Part shown: positions 52,901 to 64,000 of the stretch, piece after piece | Layout of the letters: every line of letters starts with the position of its first letter | Numbering within the stretch: position 1 is the stretch's first letter | From: Bilabrum cf. latius | Lineage: Eukaryota | DNA: 64,000 nucleotides | Reading direction: 5' to 3' | Assembly: GCA_965178125.1 (NCBI GenBank) | Contig: OZ237735.1 | Span: 868,001-932,000, forward strand | Notes under the pieces: model-generated | Databases searched by the model: none | What the model was told of the DNA's origin: nothing | What the model saw: the letters and a program-made list of their open reading frames with translations, nothing else | Program-made: the position numbers and the translations under genes

Positions 52901-55900
52901 AGACCCGGACTCGCCCACCGTCGCAGACCCAGACCCCACTGACACTGACCCAGACGTGCCCGACCCTGCAAGCCCGCTGCCCACTGTCACGCTCCCGCTC
53001 AGACCCGCCGTGGACTTGCCAGATACCACCGACACCGTGCCCGACGCTCCGGCAGACCCCACGCCATCCGCCGACCGCACCGTCACCAGCCCGCTCGTGG
53101 CCTCGCTGGCGCCCACGCCAGATGCCACGGACACCAGCCCGCCCGTGCTCGACGTGTCCGCCGACTCACCGCCGAACACGTACACCGACCCGCCCACGCC
53201 CGATGACGCCTTCGAAGACGTCACTGACACAGACCCAGACGCGCCCAGCGAGGACTCGCCGGCCGACAGCACCAGCCATCCCACAGACCCGGACCCCACG
53301 TTCCCGGACTCCACCAACACATGGCCGCTGCTGCCTACTGTGCTAGACCCGGTGCCAAGTCGCAAAGACCCAGACGACCCAGACCCAGCCGACCCAGTCA
53401 GCAGCGATCCAGACCCACTGCTGCCCACGTGTGCCGCGCCGCTACGCAGCACCAGCCCGCCCGACGGGCCGCCGGAGCTCACGCCCGATCCCACCGTCAC
53501 CGACCCAGACCCGGAGCTTGACGCAGACCCGGACTCCAGACTCACAGACCCAGACGACCCCTTCACGCCAGACCCAGATGACACAGACACAGACCCGGAC
53601 TCGCCCACCGTCGCAGACCCAGACCCCACTGACACTGACCCAGACGTGCCCGACCCTGCAAGCCCGCTGCCCACTGTCACGCTCCCGCTCAGACCCGCCG
53701 TGGACTTGCCAGATACCACCGACACCGTGCCTGACGCTCCGGCAGACCCCACGCCATCCGCCGACCGCACCGTCACCAGCCCGCTCGTGGCCTCGCTGGC
53801 GCCCACGCCAGATGCCACGGACACCAGCCCGCCCGTGCTGGACGTGTCCGTCGACTCACCGCCGAACACGTACACCGACCCGCCCACGCCCGATGACGCC
53901 TTCGAAGACGTCACTGACACAGACCCAGACGCGCCCAGCGAGGACTCGCCGGCCGACAGCACCAGCCATCCCACAGACCCGGACCCCACGTTCCCGGACT
54001 CCACCAACACATGGCCGCTGCTGCCCACAACGCTAGACCCGGTGCCAAGTCGAAAAGAACCAGATGATCCAGACACAGCCGACCCAGTCAGCAACAATCC
54101 TGATCCACTGCTGCCCACGTGCGCCGCGCCGCTACGCAGCACCAGCCCGCCCGACGGGCCGCCGGAGCTCACGCCCGATCCCACCGTCACCGACCCAGAC
54201 CCGGAGCTTGACGCAGACCCGGACTCCAGACTCACAGACCCAGACGACCCCTTCACGCCAGACCCAGATGACACAGACACAGACCCGGACTCGCCCACCG
54301 TCGCAGACCCAGACCCCACTGACACTGACCCAGACGTGCCCGACCCTGCAAGCCCGCTGCCCACTGTCACGCTCCCGCTCAGACCCGCCGTGGACTTGCC
54401 AGATACCACCGACACCGTGCCCGACGCTCCGGCAGACCCCACGCCATCCGCCGACCGCACCGTCACCAGCCCGCTCGTGGCCTCGCTGGCGCCCACGCCA
54501 GATGCCACGGACACCAGCCCGCCCGTGCTGGTCGTGTCCGTCGACTCACCGCCGAACACGTACACCGACCCGCCCACGCCCGATGACGCCTTCGAAGACG
54601 TCACTGACACAGACCCAGACGCGCCCAGCGAGGACTCGCCGGCCGACAGCACCAGCCATCCCACAGACCCGGACCCCACGTTCCCGGACTCCACCAACAC
54701 ATGGCCGCTGCTGCCCACGTGCGCCGCGCCGCTACGCAGCACCAGCCCGCCCGACGGGCCGCCGGAGCTCACGCCCGATCCCACCGTCACCGACCCAGAC
54801 CCGGAGCTTGACGCAGACCCGGACTCCAGACTCACAGACCCAGACGACCCCTTCACGCCAGACCCAGATGACACAGACACAGACCCGGACTCGCCCACCG
54901 TCGCAGACCCAGACCCCACTGACACTGACCCAGACGTGCCCGACCCTGCAAGCCCGCTGCCCACTGTCACGCTCCCGCTCAGACCCGCCGTGGACTTGCC
55001 AGATACCACCGACACCGTGCCCGACGCTCCGTCAGACCCCACGCCATCCGCCGACCGCACCGTCACCAGCCCGCTCGTGGCCTCGCTGGCGCCCACGCCA
55101 GATGCCACGGACACCAGCCCGCCCGTGCTCGACGTGTCCGTCGACTCACCGCCGAACACGTACACCGACCCGCCCACGCCCGATGACGCCTTCGAAGACG
55201 TCACTGACACAGACCCAGACGCGCCCAGCGAGGACTCGCCGGCCGACAGCACCAGCCATCCCACAGACCCGGACCCCACGTTCCCGGACTCCACCAACAC
55301 ATGGCCGCTGCTGCCCACGTGCGCCGCGCCGCTACGCAGCACCAGCCCGCCCGACGGGCCGCCGGAGCTCACGCCCGATCCCACCGTCACCGACCCAGAC
55401 CCGGAGCTTGACGCAGACCCGGACTCCAGACTCACAGACCCAGACGACCCCTTCACGCCAGACCCAGATGACACAGACACAGACCCGGACTCGCCCACCG
55501 TCGCAGACCCAGACCCCACTGACACTGACCCAGACGTGCCCGACCCTGCAAGCCCGCTGCCCACTGTCACGCTCCCGCTCAGACCCGCCGTGGACTTGCC
55601 AGATACCACCGACACCGTGCCCGACGCTCCGGCAGACCTCACGCCATCCGCCGACCGCACCGTCACCAGCCCGCTCGTGGCCTCGCTGGCGCCCACGCCA
55701 GATGCCACGGACACCAGCCCGCCCGTGCTGGACGTGTCCGTCGACTCACCGCCGAACACGTACACCGACCCGCCCACGCCCGATGACGCCTTCGAAGACG
55801 TCACTGACACAGACCCAGACGCGCCCAGCGAGGACTCGCCGGCCGACAGCACCAGCCATCCCACAGACCCGGACCCCACGTTCCCGGACTCCACCAACAC

Positions 55901-58900
55901 ATGGCCGCTGCTGCCCACATGCGCCGCGCCGCTACGCAGCACCAGCCCGCCCGACGGGCCGCCGGAGCTCACGCCCGATCCCACCGTCACCGACCCAGAC
56001 CCGGAGCTTGACGCAGACCCGGACTCCAGACTCACAGACCCAGACGACCCCTTCACGCCAGACCCAGATGACACAGACACAGACCCGGACTCGCCCACCG
56101 TCGCAGACCCAGACCCCACTGACACTGACCCAGACGTGCCCGACCCTACAAGCCCGCTGCCCACTGTCACGCTCCCGCTCAGACCCGCCATGGACTTGCC
56201 AGTTACCACCGACACCGTGCCCGACGCTCCGGCAGACCCCACGCCATCCGCCGACCGCACCGTCACCAGCCCGCTCGTGGCCTCGCTGGCGCCCACGCCA
56301 GATGCCACGGACACCAGCCCGCCCGTGCTCGACGTGTCCGCCGACTCACCGCCGAACACGTACACCGACCCGCCCACGCCCGATGACGCCTTCGAAGACG
56401 TCACTGACACAGACCCAGACGCGCCCAGCGAGGACTCGCCGGCCGACAGCACCAGCCATCCCACAGACCCGGACCCCACGTTCCCGGACTCCACCAACAC
56501 ATGACCGCTGCTGCCCACGTGCGCCGCGCCGCTACGCAGCACCAGCCCGCCCGACGGGCCGCCGGAGCTCACGCCCGATCCCACCGTCACCGACCCAGAC
56601 CCGGAGCTTGACGCAGACCCGGACTCCAGACTCACAGACCCAGACGACCCCTTCACGCCAGACCCAGATGACACAGACACAGACCCGGACTCGCCCACCG
56701 TCGCAGACCCAGACCCCACTGACACTGACCCAGACGTGCCCGACCCTGCAAGCCCGCTGCCCACTGTCACGCTCCCGCTCAGACCCGCCGTGGACTTGCC
56801 AGATACCACCGACACCGTGCCCGACGCTCCGGCAGACCCCACGCCATCCGCCGACCGCACCGTCACCAGCCCGCTCGTGGCCTCGCTGGCGCCCACGCCA
56901 GATGCCACGGACACCAGCCCGCCCGTGCTGGACGTGTCCGTCGACTCACCGCCGAACACGTACACCGACCCGCCCACGCCCGATGACGCCTTCGAAGACG
57001 TCACTGACACAGACCCAGACGCGCCCAGCGAGGACTCGCCGGCCGACAGCACCAGCCATCCCACAGACCCGGACCCCACGTTCCCGGACTCCACCAACAC
57101 ATGACCGCTGCTGCCCACGTGCGCCGCGCCGCTACGCAGCACCAGCCCGCCCGACGGGCCGCCGGAGCTCACGCCCGATCCCACCGTCACCGACCCAGAC
57201 CCGGAGCTTGACGCAGACCCGGACTCCAGACTCACAGACCCAGACGACCCCTTCACGCCAGACCCAGACCCCACTGACACTGACCCAGACGTGCCCGACC
57301 CTGCAAGCCCGCTGCCCACTGTCACGCTCCCGCTCAGACCCGCCGTGGACTTGCCAGATACCACCGACACCGTGCCCGACGCTCCGGCAGACCCCACGCC
57401 ATCCGCCGACCGCACCGTCACCAGCCCGCTCGTGGCCTCGCTGGCGCCCACGCCAGATGCCACGGACACCAGCCCGCCCGTGCTGGACGTGTCCGTCGAC
57501 TCACCGCCAAACACGTACACCGACCCGCCCACGCCCGATGACGCCTTCGAAGACGTCACTGACACAGACCCAGACGCGCCCAGCGAGGACTCGCCGGCCG
57601 ACAGCACCAGCCATCCCACAGACCCGGACCCCACGTTCCCGGACTCCACCAACACATGGCCGCTGCTGCCCACGTGCGCCGCGCCGCTACGCAGCACCAG
57701 CCCGCCCGACGGGCCGCCGGAGCTCACGCCCGATCCCACCGTCACCGACCCAGACCCGGAGCTTGACGCAGACCCGGACTCCAGACTCACAGACCCAGAC
57801 GACCCCTTCACGCCAGACCCAGATGACACAGACACAGACCCGGACTCGCCCACCGTCGCAGACCCAGACCCCACTGACACTGACCCAGACGTGCCCGACC
57901 CTGCAAGCCCGCTGCCCACTGTCACGCTCCCGCTCAGACCCGCCGTGGACTTGCCAGATACCACCGACACCGTGCCCGACGCTCCGGCAGACCCCACGCC
58001 ATCCGCCGACCGCACCGTCACCAGCCCGCTCGTGGCCTCGCTGGCGCCCACGCCAGATGCCACGGACACCAGCCCGCCCGTGCTGGACGTGTCCGTCGAC
58101 TCACCGCCGAACACGTACACCGACCCGCCCACGCCCGATGACGCCTTCGAAGACGTCACTGACACAGACCCAGACGCGCCCAGCGAGGACTCGCCGGCCG
58201 ACAGCACCAGCCATCCCACAGACCCGGACCCCACGTTCCCGGACTCCACCAACACATGGCCGCTGCTGCCCACGTGCGCCGCGCCGCTACGCAGCACCAG
58301 CCCGCCCGACGGGCCGCCGGAGCTCACGCCCGATCCCACCGTCACCGACCCAGACCCGGAGCTTGACGCAGACCCGGACTCCAGACTCACAGACCCAGAC
58401 GACCCCTTCACGCCAGACCCAGATGACACAGACACAGACCCGGACTCGCCCACCGTCGCAGACCCAGACCCCACTGACACTGACCCAGACGTGCCCGACC
58501 CTGCAAGCCCGCTGCCCACTGTCACGCTCCCGCTCAGACCCGCCGTGGACTTGCCAGATACCACCGACACCGTGCCCGACGCTCCGGCAGACCCCACGCC
58601 ATCCGCCGACCGCACCGTCACCAGCCCGCTCGTGGCCTCGCTGGCGCCCACGCCAGATGCCACGGACACCAGCCCGCCCGTGCTCGACGTGTCCGTCGAC
58701 TCACCGCCGAACACGTACACCGACCCGCCCACGCCCGATGACGCCTTCGAAGACGTCACTGACACAGACCCAGACGCGCCCAGCGAGGACTCGCCGGCCG
58801 ACAGCACCAGCCATCCCACAGACCCGGACCCCACGTTCCCGGACTCCACCAACACATGGCCGCTGCTGCCCACGTGCGCCGCGCCGCTACGCAGCACCAG

Positions 58901-61900
58901 CCCGCCCGACGGGCCGCCGGAGCTCACGCCCGATCCCACCGTCACCGACCCAGACCCGGAGCTTGACGCAGACCCGGACTCCAGACTCACAGACCCAGAC
59001 GACCCCTTCACGCCAGACCCAGATGACACAGACACAGACCCGGACTCGCCCACCGTCGCAGACCCAGACCCCACTGACACTGACCCAGACGTGCCCGACC
59101 CTGCAAGCCCGCTGCCCACTGTCACGCTCCCGCTCAGACCCGCCGTGGACTTGCCAGATACCACCGACACCGTGCCCGACGCTCCGTCAGACCCCACGCC
59201 ATCCGCCGACCGCACCGTCACCAGCCCGCTCGTGGCCTCGCTGGCGCCCACGCCAGATGCCACGGACACCAGCCCGCCCGTGCTGGACGTGTCCGCCGAC
59301 TCACCGCCGAACACGTACACCGACCCGCCCACGCCCGATGACGCCTTCGAAGACGTCACTGACACAGACCCAGACGCGCCCAGCGAGGACTCGCCGGCCG
59401 ACAGCACCAGCCATCCCACAGACCCGGACCCCACGTTCCCGGACTCCACCAACACATGACCGCTGCTGCCCACGTGCGCCGCGCCACTACGCAGCACCAG
59501 CCCGCCCGACGGGCCGCCGGAGCTCACGCCCGATCCCACCGTCACCGACCCAGACCCGGAGCTTGACGCAGACCCGGACTCCAGACTCACAGACCCAGAC
59601 GACCCCTTCACGCCAGACCCAGATGACACAGACACAGACCCGGACTCGCCCACCGTCGCAGACCCAGACCCCACTGACACTGACCCAGACGTGCCCGACC
59701 CTGCAAGCCCGCTGCCCACTGTCACGCTCCCGCTCAGACCCGCCGTGGACTTGCCAGATACCACCGACACCGTGCCCGACGCTCCGGCAGACCCCACGCC
59801 ATCCGCCGACCGCACCGTCACCAGCCCGCTCGTGGCCTCGCTGGCGCCCACGCCAGATGCCACGGACACCAGCCCGCCCGTGCTCGACGTGTCCGTCGAC
59901 TCACCGCCGAACACGTACACCGACCCGCCCACGCCCGATGACGCCTTCGAAGACGTCACTGACACAGACCCAGACGCGCCCAGCGAGGACTCGCCGGCCG
60001 ACAGCACCAGCCATCCCACAGACCCGGACCCCACGTTCCCGGACTCCACCAACACATGGCCGCTGCTGCCCACATGCGCCGCGCCGCTACGCAGCACCAG
60101 CCCGCCCGACGGGCCGCCGGAGCTCACGCCCGATCCCACCGTCACCGACCCAGACCCGGAGCTTGACGCAGACCCGGACTCCAGACTCACAGACCCAGAC
60201 GACCCCTTCACGCCAGACCCAGATGACACAGACACAGACCCGGACTCGCCCACCGTCGCAGACCCAGACCCCACTGACACTGACCCAGACGTGCCCGACC
60301 CTGCAAGCCCGCTGCCCACTGTCACGCTCCCGCTCAGACCCGCCGTGGACTTGCCAGATACCACCGACACCGTGCCCGACGCTCCGTCAGACCCCACGCC
60401 ATCCGCCGACCGCACCGTCACCAGCCCGCTCGTGGCCTCGCTGGCGCCCACGCCAGATGCCACGGACACCAGCCCGCCCGTGCTGGACGTGTCCGTCGAC
60501 TCACCGCCGAACACGTACACCGACCCGCCCACGCCCGATGACGCCTTCGAAGACGTCACTGACACAGACCCAGACGCGCCCAGCGAGGACTCGCCGGCCG
60601 ACAGCACCAGCCATCCCACAGACCCGGACCCCACGTTCCCGGACTCCACCAACACATGACCGCTGCTGCCCACGTGTGCCGCGCCGCTACGCAGCACCAG
60701 CCCGCCCGACGGGCCGCCGGAGCTCACGCCCGATCCCACCGTCACCGACCCAGACCCGGAGCTTGACGCAGACCCGGACTCCAGACTCACAGACCCAGAC
60801 GACCCCTTCACGCCAGACCCAGATGACACAGACACAGACCCGGACTCGCCCACCGTCGCAGACCCAGACCCCACTGACACTGACCCAGACGTGCCCGACC
60901 CTGCAAGCCCGCTGCCCACTGTCACGCTCCCGCTCAGACCCGCCGTGGACTTGCCAGATACCACCGACACCGTGCCCGACGCTCCAGCAGACCCCACGCC
61001 ATCCGCCGACCGCACCGTCACCAGCCCGCTCGTGGCCTCGCTGGCGCCCACGCCAGATGCCACAGACACCAGCCCGCCCGTGCTCGACGTGTCCGTCGAC
61101 TCACCGCCGAACACGTACACCGACCCGCCCACGCCCGATGACGCCTTCGAAGACGTCACTGACACAGACCCAGACGCGCCCAGCGAGGACTCGCCGGCCG
61201 ACAGCACCAGCCATCCCACAGACCCGGACCCCACGTTCCCGGACTCCACCAACACATGACCGCTGCTGCCCACGTGCGCCGCGCCGCTACGCAGCACCAG
61301 CCCGCCCGACGGGCCGCCGGAGCTCACGCCCGATCCCACCGTCACCGACCCAGACCCGGAGCTTGACGCAGACCCGGACTCCAGACTCACAGACCCAGAC
61401 GACCCCTTCACGCCAGACCCAGATGACACAGACACAGACCCGGACTCGCCCACCGTCGCAGACCCAGACCCCACTGACACTGACCCAGACGTGCCCGACC
61501 CTGCAAGCCCGCTGCCCACTGTCACGCTCCCGCTCAGACCCGCCGTGGACTTGCCAGATACCACCGACACCGTGCCCGACGCTCCGTCAGACCCCACGCC
61601 ATCCGCCGACCGCACCGTCACCAGCCCGCTCGTGGCCTCGCTGGCGCCCACGCCAGATGCCACGGACACCAGCCCGCCCGTGCTCGACGTGTCCGTCGAC
61701 TCACCGCCGAACACGTACACCGACCCGCCCACGCCCGATGACGCCTTCGAAGACGTCACTGACACAGACCCAGACGCGCCCAGCGAGGACTCGCCGGCCG
61801 ACAGCACCAGCCATCCCACAGACCCGGACCCCACGTTCCCGGACTCCACCAACACATGGCCGCTGCTGCCCACGTGCGCCGCGCCGCTACGCAGCACCAG

Positions 61901-64000
61901 CCCGCCCGACGGGCCGCCGGAGCTCACGCCCGATCCCACCGTCACCGACCCAGACCCGGAGCTTGACGCAGACCCGGACTCCAGACTCACAGACCCAGAC
62001 GACCCCTTCACGCCAGACCCAGATGACACAGACACAGACCCGGACTCGCCCACCGTCGCAGACCCAGACCCCACTGACACTGACCCAGACGTGCCCGACC
62101 CTGCAAGCCCGCTGCCCACTGTCACGCTCCCGCTCAGACCCGCCGTGGACTTGCCAGATACCACCGACACCGTGCCCGACGCTCCAGCAGACCCCACGCC
62201 ATCCGCCGACCGCACCGTCACCAGCCCGCTCGTGGCCTCGCTGGCGCCCACGCCAGATGCCACGGACACCAGCCCGCCCGTGCTGGACGTGTCCGTCGAC
62301 TCACCGCCGAACACGTACACCGACCCGCCCACGCCCGATGACGCCTTCGAAGACGTCACTGACACAGACCCAGACGCGCCCAGCGAGGACTCGCCGGCCG
62401 ACAGCACCAGCCATCCCACAGACCCGGACCCCACGTTCCCGGACTCCACCAACACATGGCCGCTGCTGCCCACGTGCGCCGCGCCGCTACGCAGCACCAG
62501 CCCGCCCGACGGGCCGCCGGAGCTCACGCCCGATCCCACCGTCACCGACCCAGACCCGGAGCTTGACGCAGACCCGGACTCCAGACTCACAGACCCAGAC
62601 GACCCCTTCACGCCAGACCCAGATGACACAGACACAGACCCGGACTCGCCCACCGTCGCAGACCCAGACCCCACTGACACTGACCCAGACGTGCCCGACC
62701 CTGCAAGCCCGCTGCCCACTGTCACGCTCCCGCTCAGACCCGCCGTGGACTTGCCAGATACCACCGACACCGTGCCCGACGCTCCGGCAGACCCCACGCC
62801 ATCCGCCGACCGCACCGTCACCAGCCCGCTCGTGGCCTCGCTGGCGCCCACGCCAGATGCCACGGACACCAGCCCGCCCGTGCTCGACGTGTCCGTCGAC
62901 TCACCGCCGAACACGTACACCGACCCGCCCACGCCCGATGACGCCTTCGAAGACGTCACTGACACAGACCCAGACGCGCCCAGCGAGGACTCGCCGGCCG
63001 ACAGCACCAGCCATCCCACAGACCCGGACCCCACGTTCCCGGACTCCACCAACACATGACCGCTGCTGCCCACGTGCGCCGCGCCGCTACGCAGCACCAG
63101 CCCGCCCGACGGGCCGCCGGAGCTCACGCCCGATCCCACCGTCACCGACCCAGACCCGGAGCTTGACGCAGACCCGGACTCCAGACTCACAGACCCAGAC
63201 GACCCCTTCACGCCAGACCCAGATGACACAGACACAGACCCGGACTCGCCCACCGTCGCAGACCCAGACCCCACTGACACTGACCCAGACGTGCCCGACC
63301 CTGCAAGCCCGCTGCCCACTGTCACGCTCCCGCTCAGACCCGCCGTGGACTTGCCAGATACCACCGACACCGTGCCCGACGCTCCGGCAGACCCCACGCC
63401 ATCCGCCGACCGCACCGTCACCAGCCCGCTCGTGGCCTCGCTGGCGCCCACGCCAGATGCCACGGACACCAGCCCGCCCGTGCTCGACGTGTCCGTCGAC
63501 TCACCGCCGAACACGTACACCGACCCGCCCACGCCCGATGACGCCTTCGAAGACGTCACTGACACAGACCCAGACGCGCCCAGCGAGGACTCGCCGGCCG
63601 ACAGCACCAGCCATCCCACAGACCCGGACCCCACGTTCCCGGACTCCACCAACACATGGCCGCTGCTGCCCACGTGCGCCGCGCCGCTACGCAGCACCAG
63701 CCCGCCCGACGGGCCGCCGGAGCTCACGCCCGATCCCACCGTCACCGACCCAGACCCGGAGCTTGACGCAGACCCGGACTCCAGACTCACAGACCCAGAC
63801 GACCCCTTCACGCCAGACCCAGATGACACAGACACAGACCCGGACTCGCCCACCGTCGCAGACCCAGACCCCACTGACACTGACCCAGACGTGCCCGACC
63901 CTGCAAGCCCGCTGCCCACTGTCACGCTCCCGCTCAGACCCGCCGTGGACTTGCCAGATACCACCGACACCGTGCCCGACGCTCCGGCAGACCCCACGCC
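7976..64000 (-). CDS. giant Gly/Ser/Val-rich tandem-repeat protein, at least 18,674 aa, 5'-partial; putative beta-solenoid fibre
   Basis: ORFs 32831..63997, 32291..32818, 10385..31978, 8912..10333 and 8096..8713 share one frame. The gaps translate cleanly and contain only TAG (32831, 32291, 32030, 10385, 8912, 8729, 8096). First TAA is 7976-7978 (...YQWKVIAIEGAAHT). The frame is still open at the window edge. Confidence 0.88.
9461..10085 (-). repeat. coding tandem repeat: three 174-bp (58-aa) units plus one 93-bp (31-aa) unit
   Basis: Anchor gccagacgc recurs at 9461, 9635, 9809, 9902, 10076. Unit GxVTLDGxSTVAMVGASGMALKATSGDMSLLTDNNKDMFLVSDGMVSMVSDALDIDAS. Confidence 0.92.
10076..10540 (-). 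repeat. dispersed ~465-bp intragenic duplication, copy 1 (copy 2 at 31721-32185)
   Basis: Colinear with 31721-32185 at an offset of 21,645 bp; both encode GKVLLAAG...NGGAV*VISGRS...THQALGPAATSGAV... Confidence 0.92.
10536..31695 (-). repeat. coding macrosatellite array A: 37 units, periods 555 bp (21x), 600 bp (14x), 621 bp (1x)
   Basis: Counted from the recurring gtgcccgaccctgcaagc anchor, 10542 to 31218; the 36 intervals sum to 20,676 bp. Units encode 185/200/207 aa. Confidence 0.95.
31721..32185 (-). repeat. dispersed ~465-bp intragenic duplication, copy 2, inside the ~1.4-kb non-array linker (31696-33080)
   Basis: Aligns to 10076-10540 without gaps by eye, including the shared in-frame TAG (32030 vs 10385). 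Confidence 0.92.
33081..64000 (-). repeat. coding macrosatellite array B: 51 full units plus a partial one, mostly 600 bp, also 555 (3x), 645 (1x), 690 (3x); continues beyond the window
   Basis: Same unit as array A; anchors from 33111 to 63891. 90-bp inserts near 33490, 39490, 53335 and 54025. Confidence 0.95.

Noticed and set aside
10708-63059. Huge plus-strand ORFs (6996, 1980, 4605 aa Pro/Thr/Arg-rich) and the many 122-aa Pro/Asp/Thr ORFs
   Set aside because: Antisense shadows of a stop-poor repeat. They break at array edges and at the 90-bp inserts, and the TGA/TGG toggle that fragments them is a synonymous Gly change on the minus strand.
10536-64000. CRISPR array, non-coding satellite or mobile element
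   Set aside because: No unique spacers, no cas, transposase or RT genes, and all indels are multiples of 3 with one frame open throughout, so it is a coding repeat.
10536-64000. Assignment to ice-nucleation protein, PE-PGRS, silk fibroin or serine-rich repeat adhesin
   Set aside because: Similar only in composition. It lacks AGYGSTxT 16-mers, GGxGGxG runs, GAGAGS and SAS dipeptide tracts.

Overview
Compact, apparently intron-free eukaryotic (protist-like) genomic window. Two main results. (1) The genes only make sense under a non-standard nuclear code in which TAG is a sense codon (best fit Gln) while TAA and TGA stay stops. By hand translation, five genes on both strands carry 27 in-frame TAGs with no internal TAA/TGA and no frameshift, and all six gene ends use TAA (4) or TGA (2). 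Read this way, bases 1-7.8 kb hold the 3' end of a USP deubiquitinase, a SMYD-type SET/MYND methyltransferase, a low-complexity hypothetical protein, a class I SAM methyltransferase-like protein and a SulP/SLC26 transporter with a STAS domain. (2) The ORF fragments from 7976 to the window end fuse into one minus-strand reading frame of at least 18,674 aa whose start lies outside the window. It is a Gly/Ser/Val-rich protein built from ~15-residue beta-coil-like repeats, grouped into ~88 near-identical 185/200-aa units in two arrays, followed by a shorter-period beta-repeat region and a small C-terminal domain. The organism cannot be identified from this window. Folds and functions of the giant protein are inference only.
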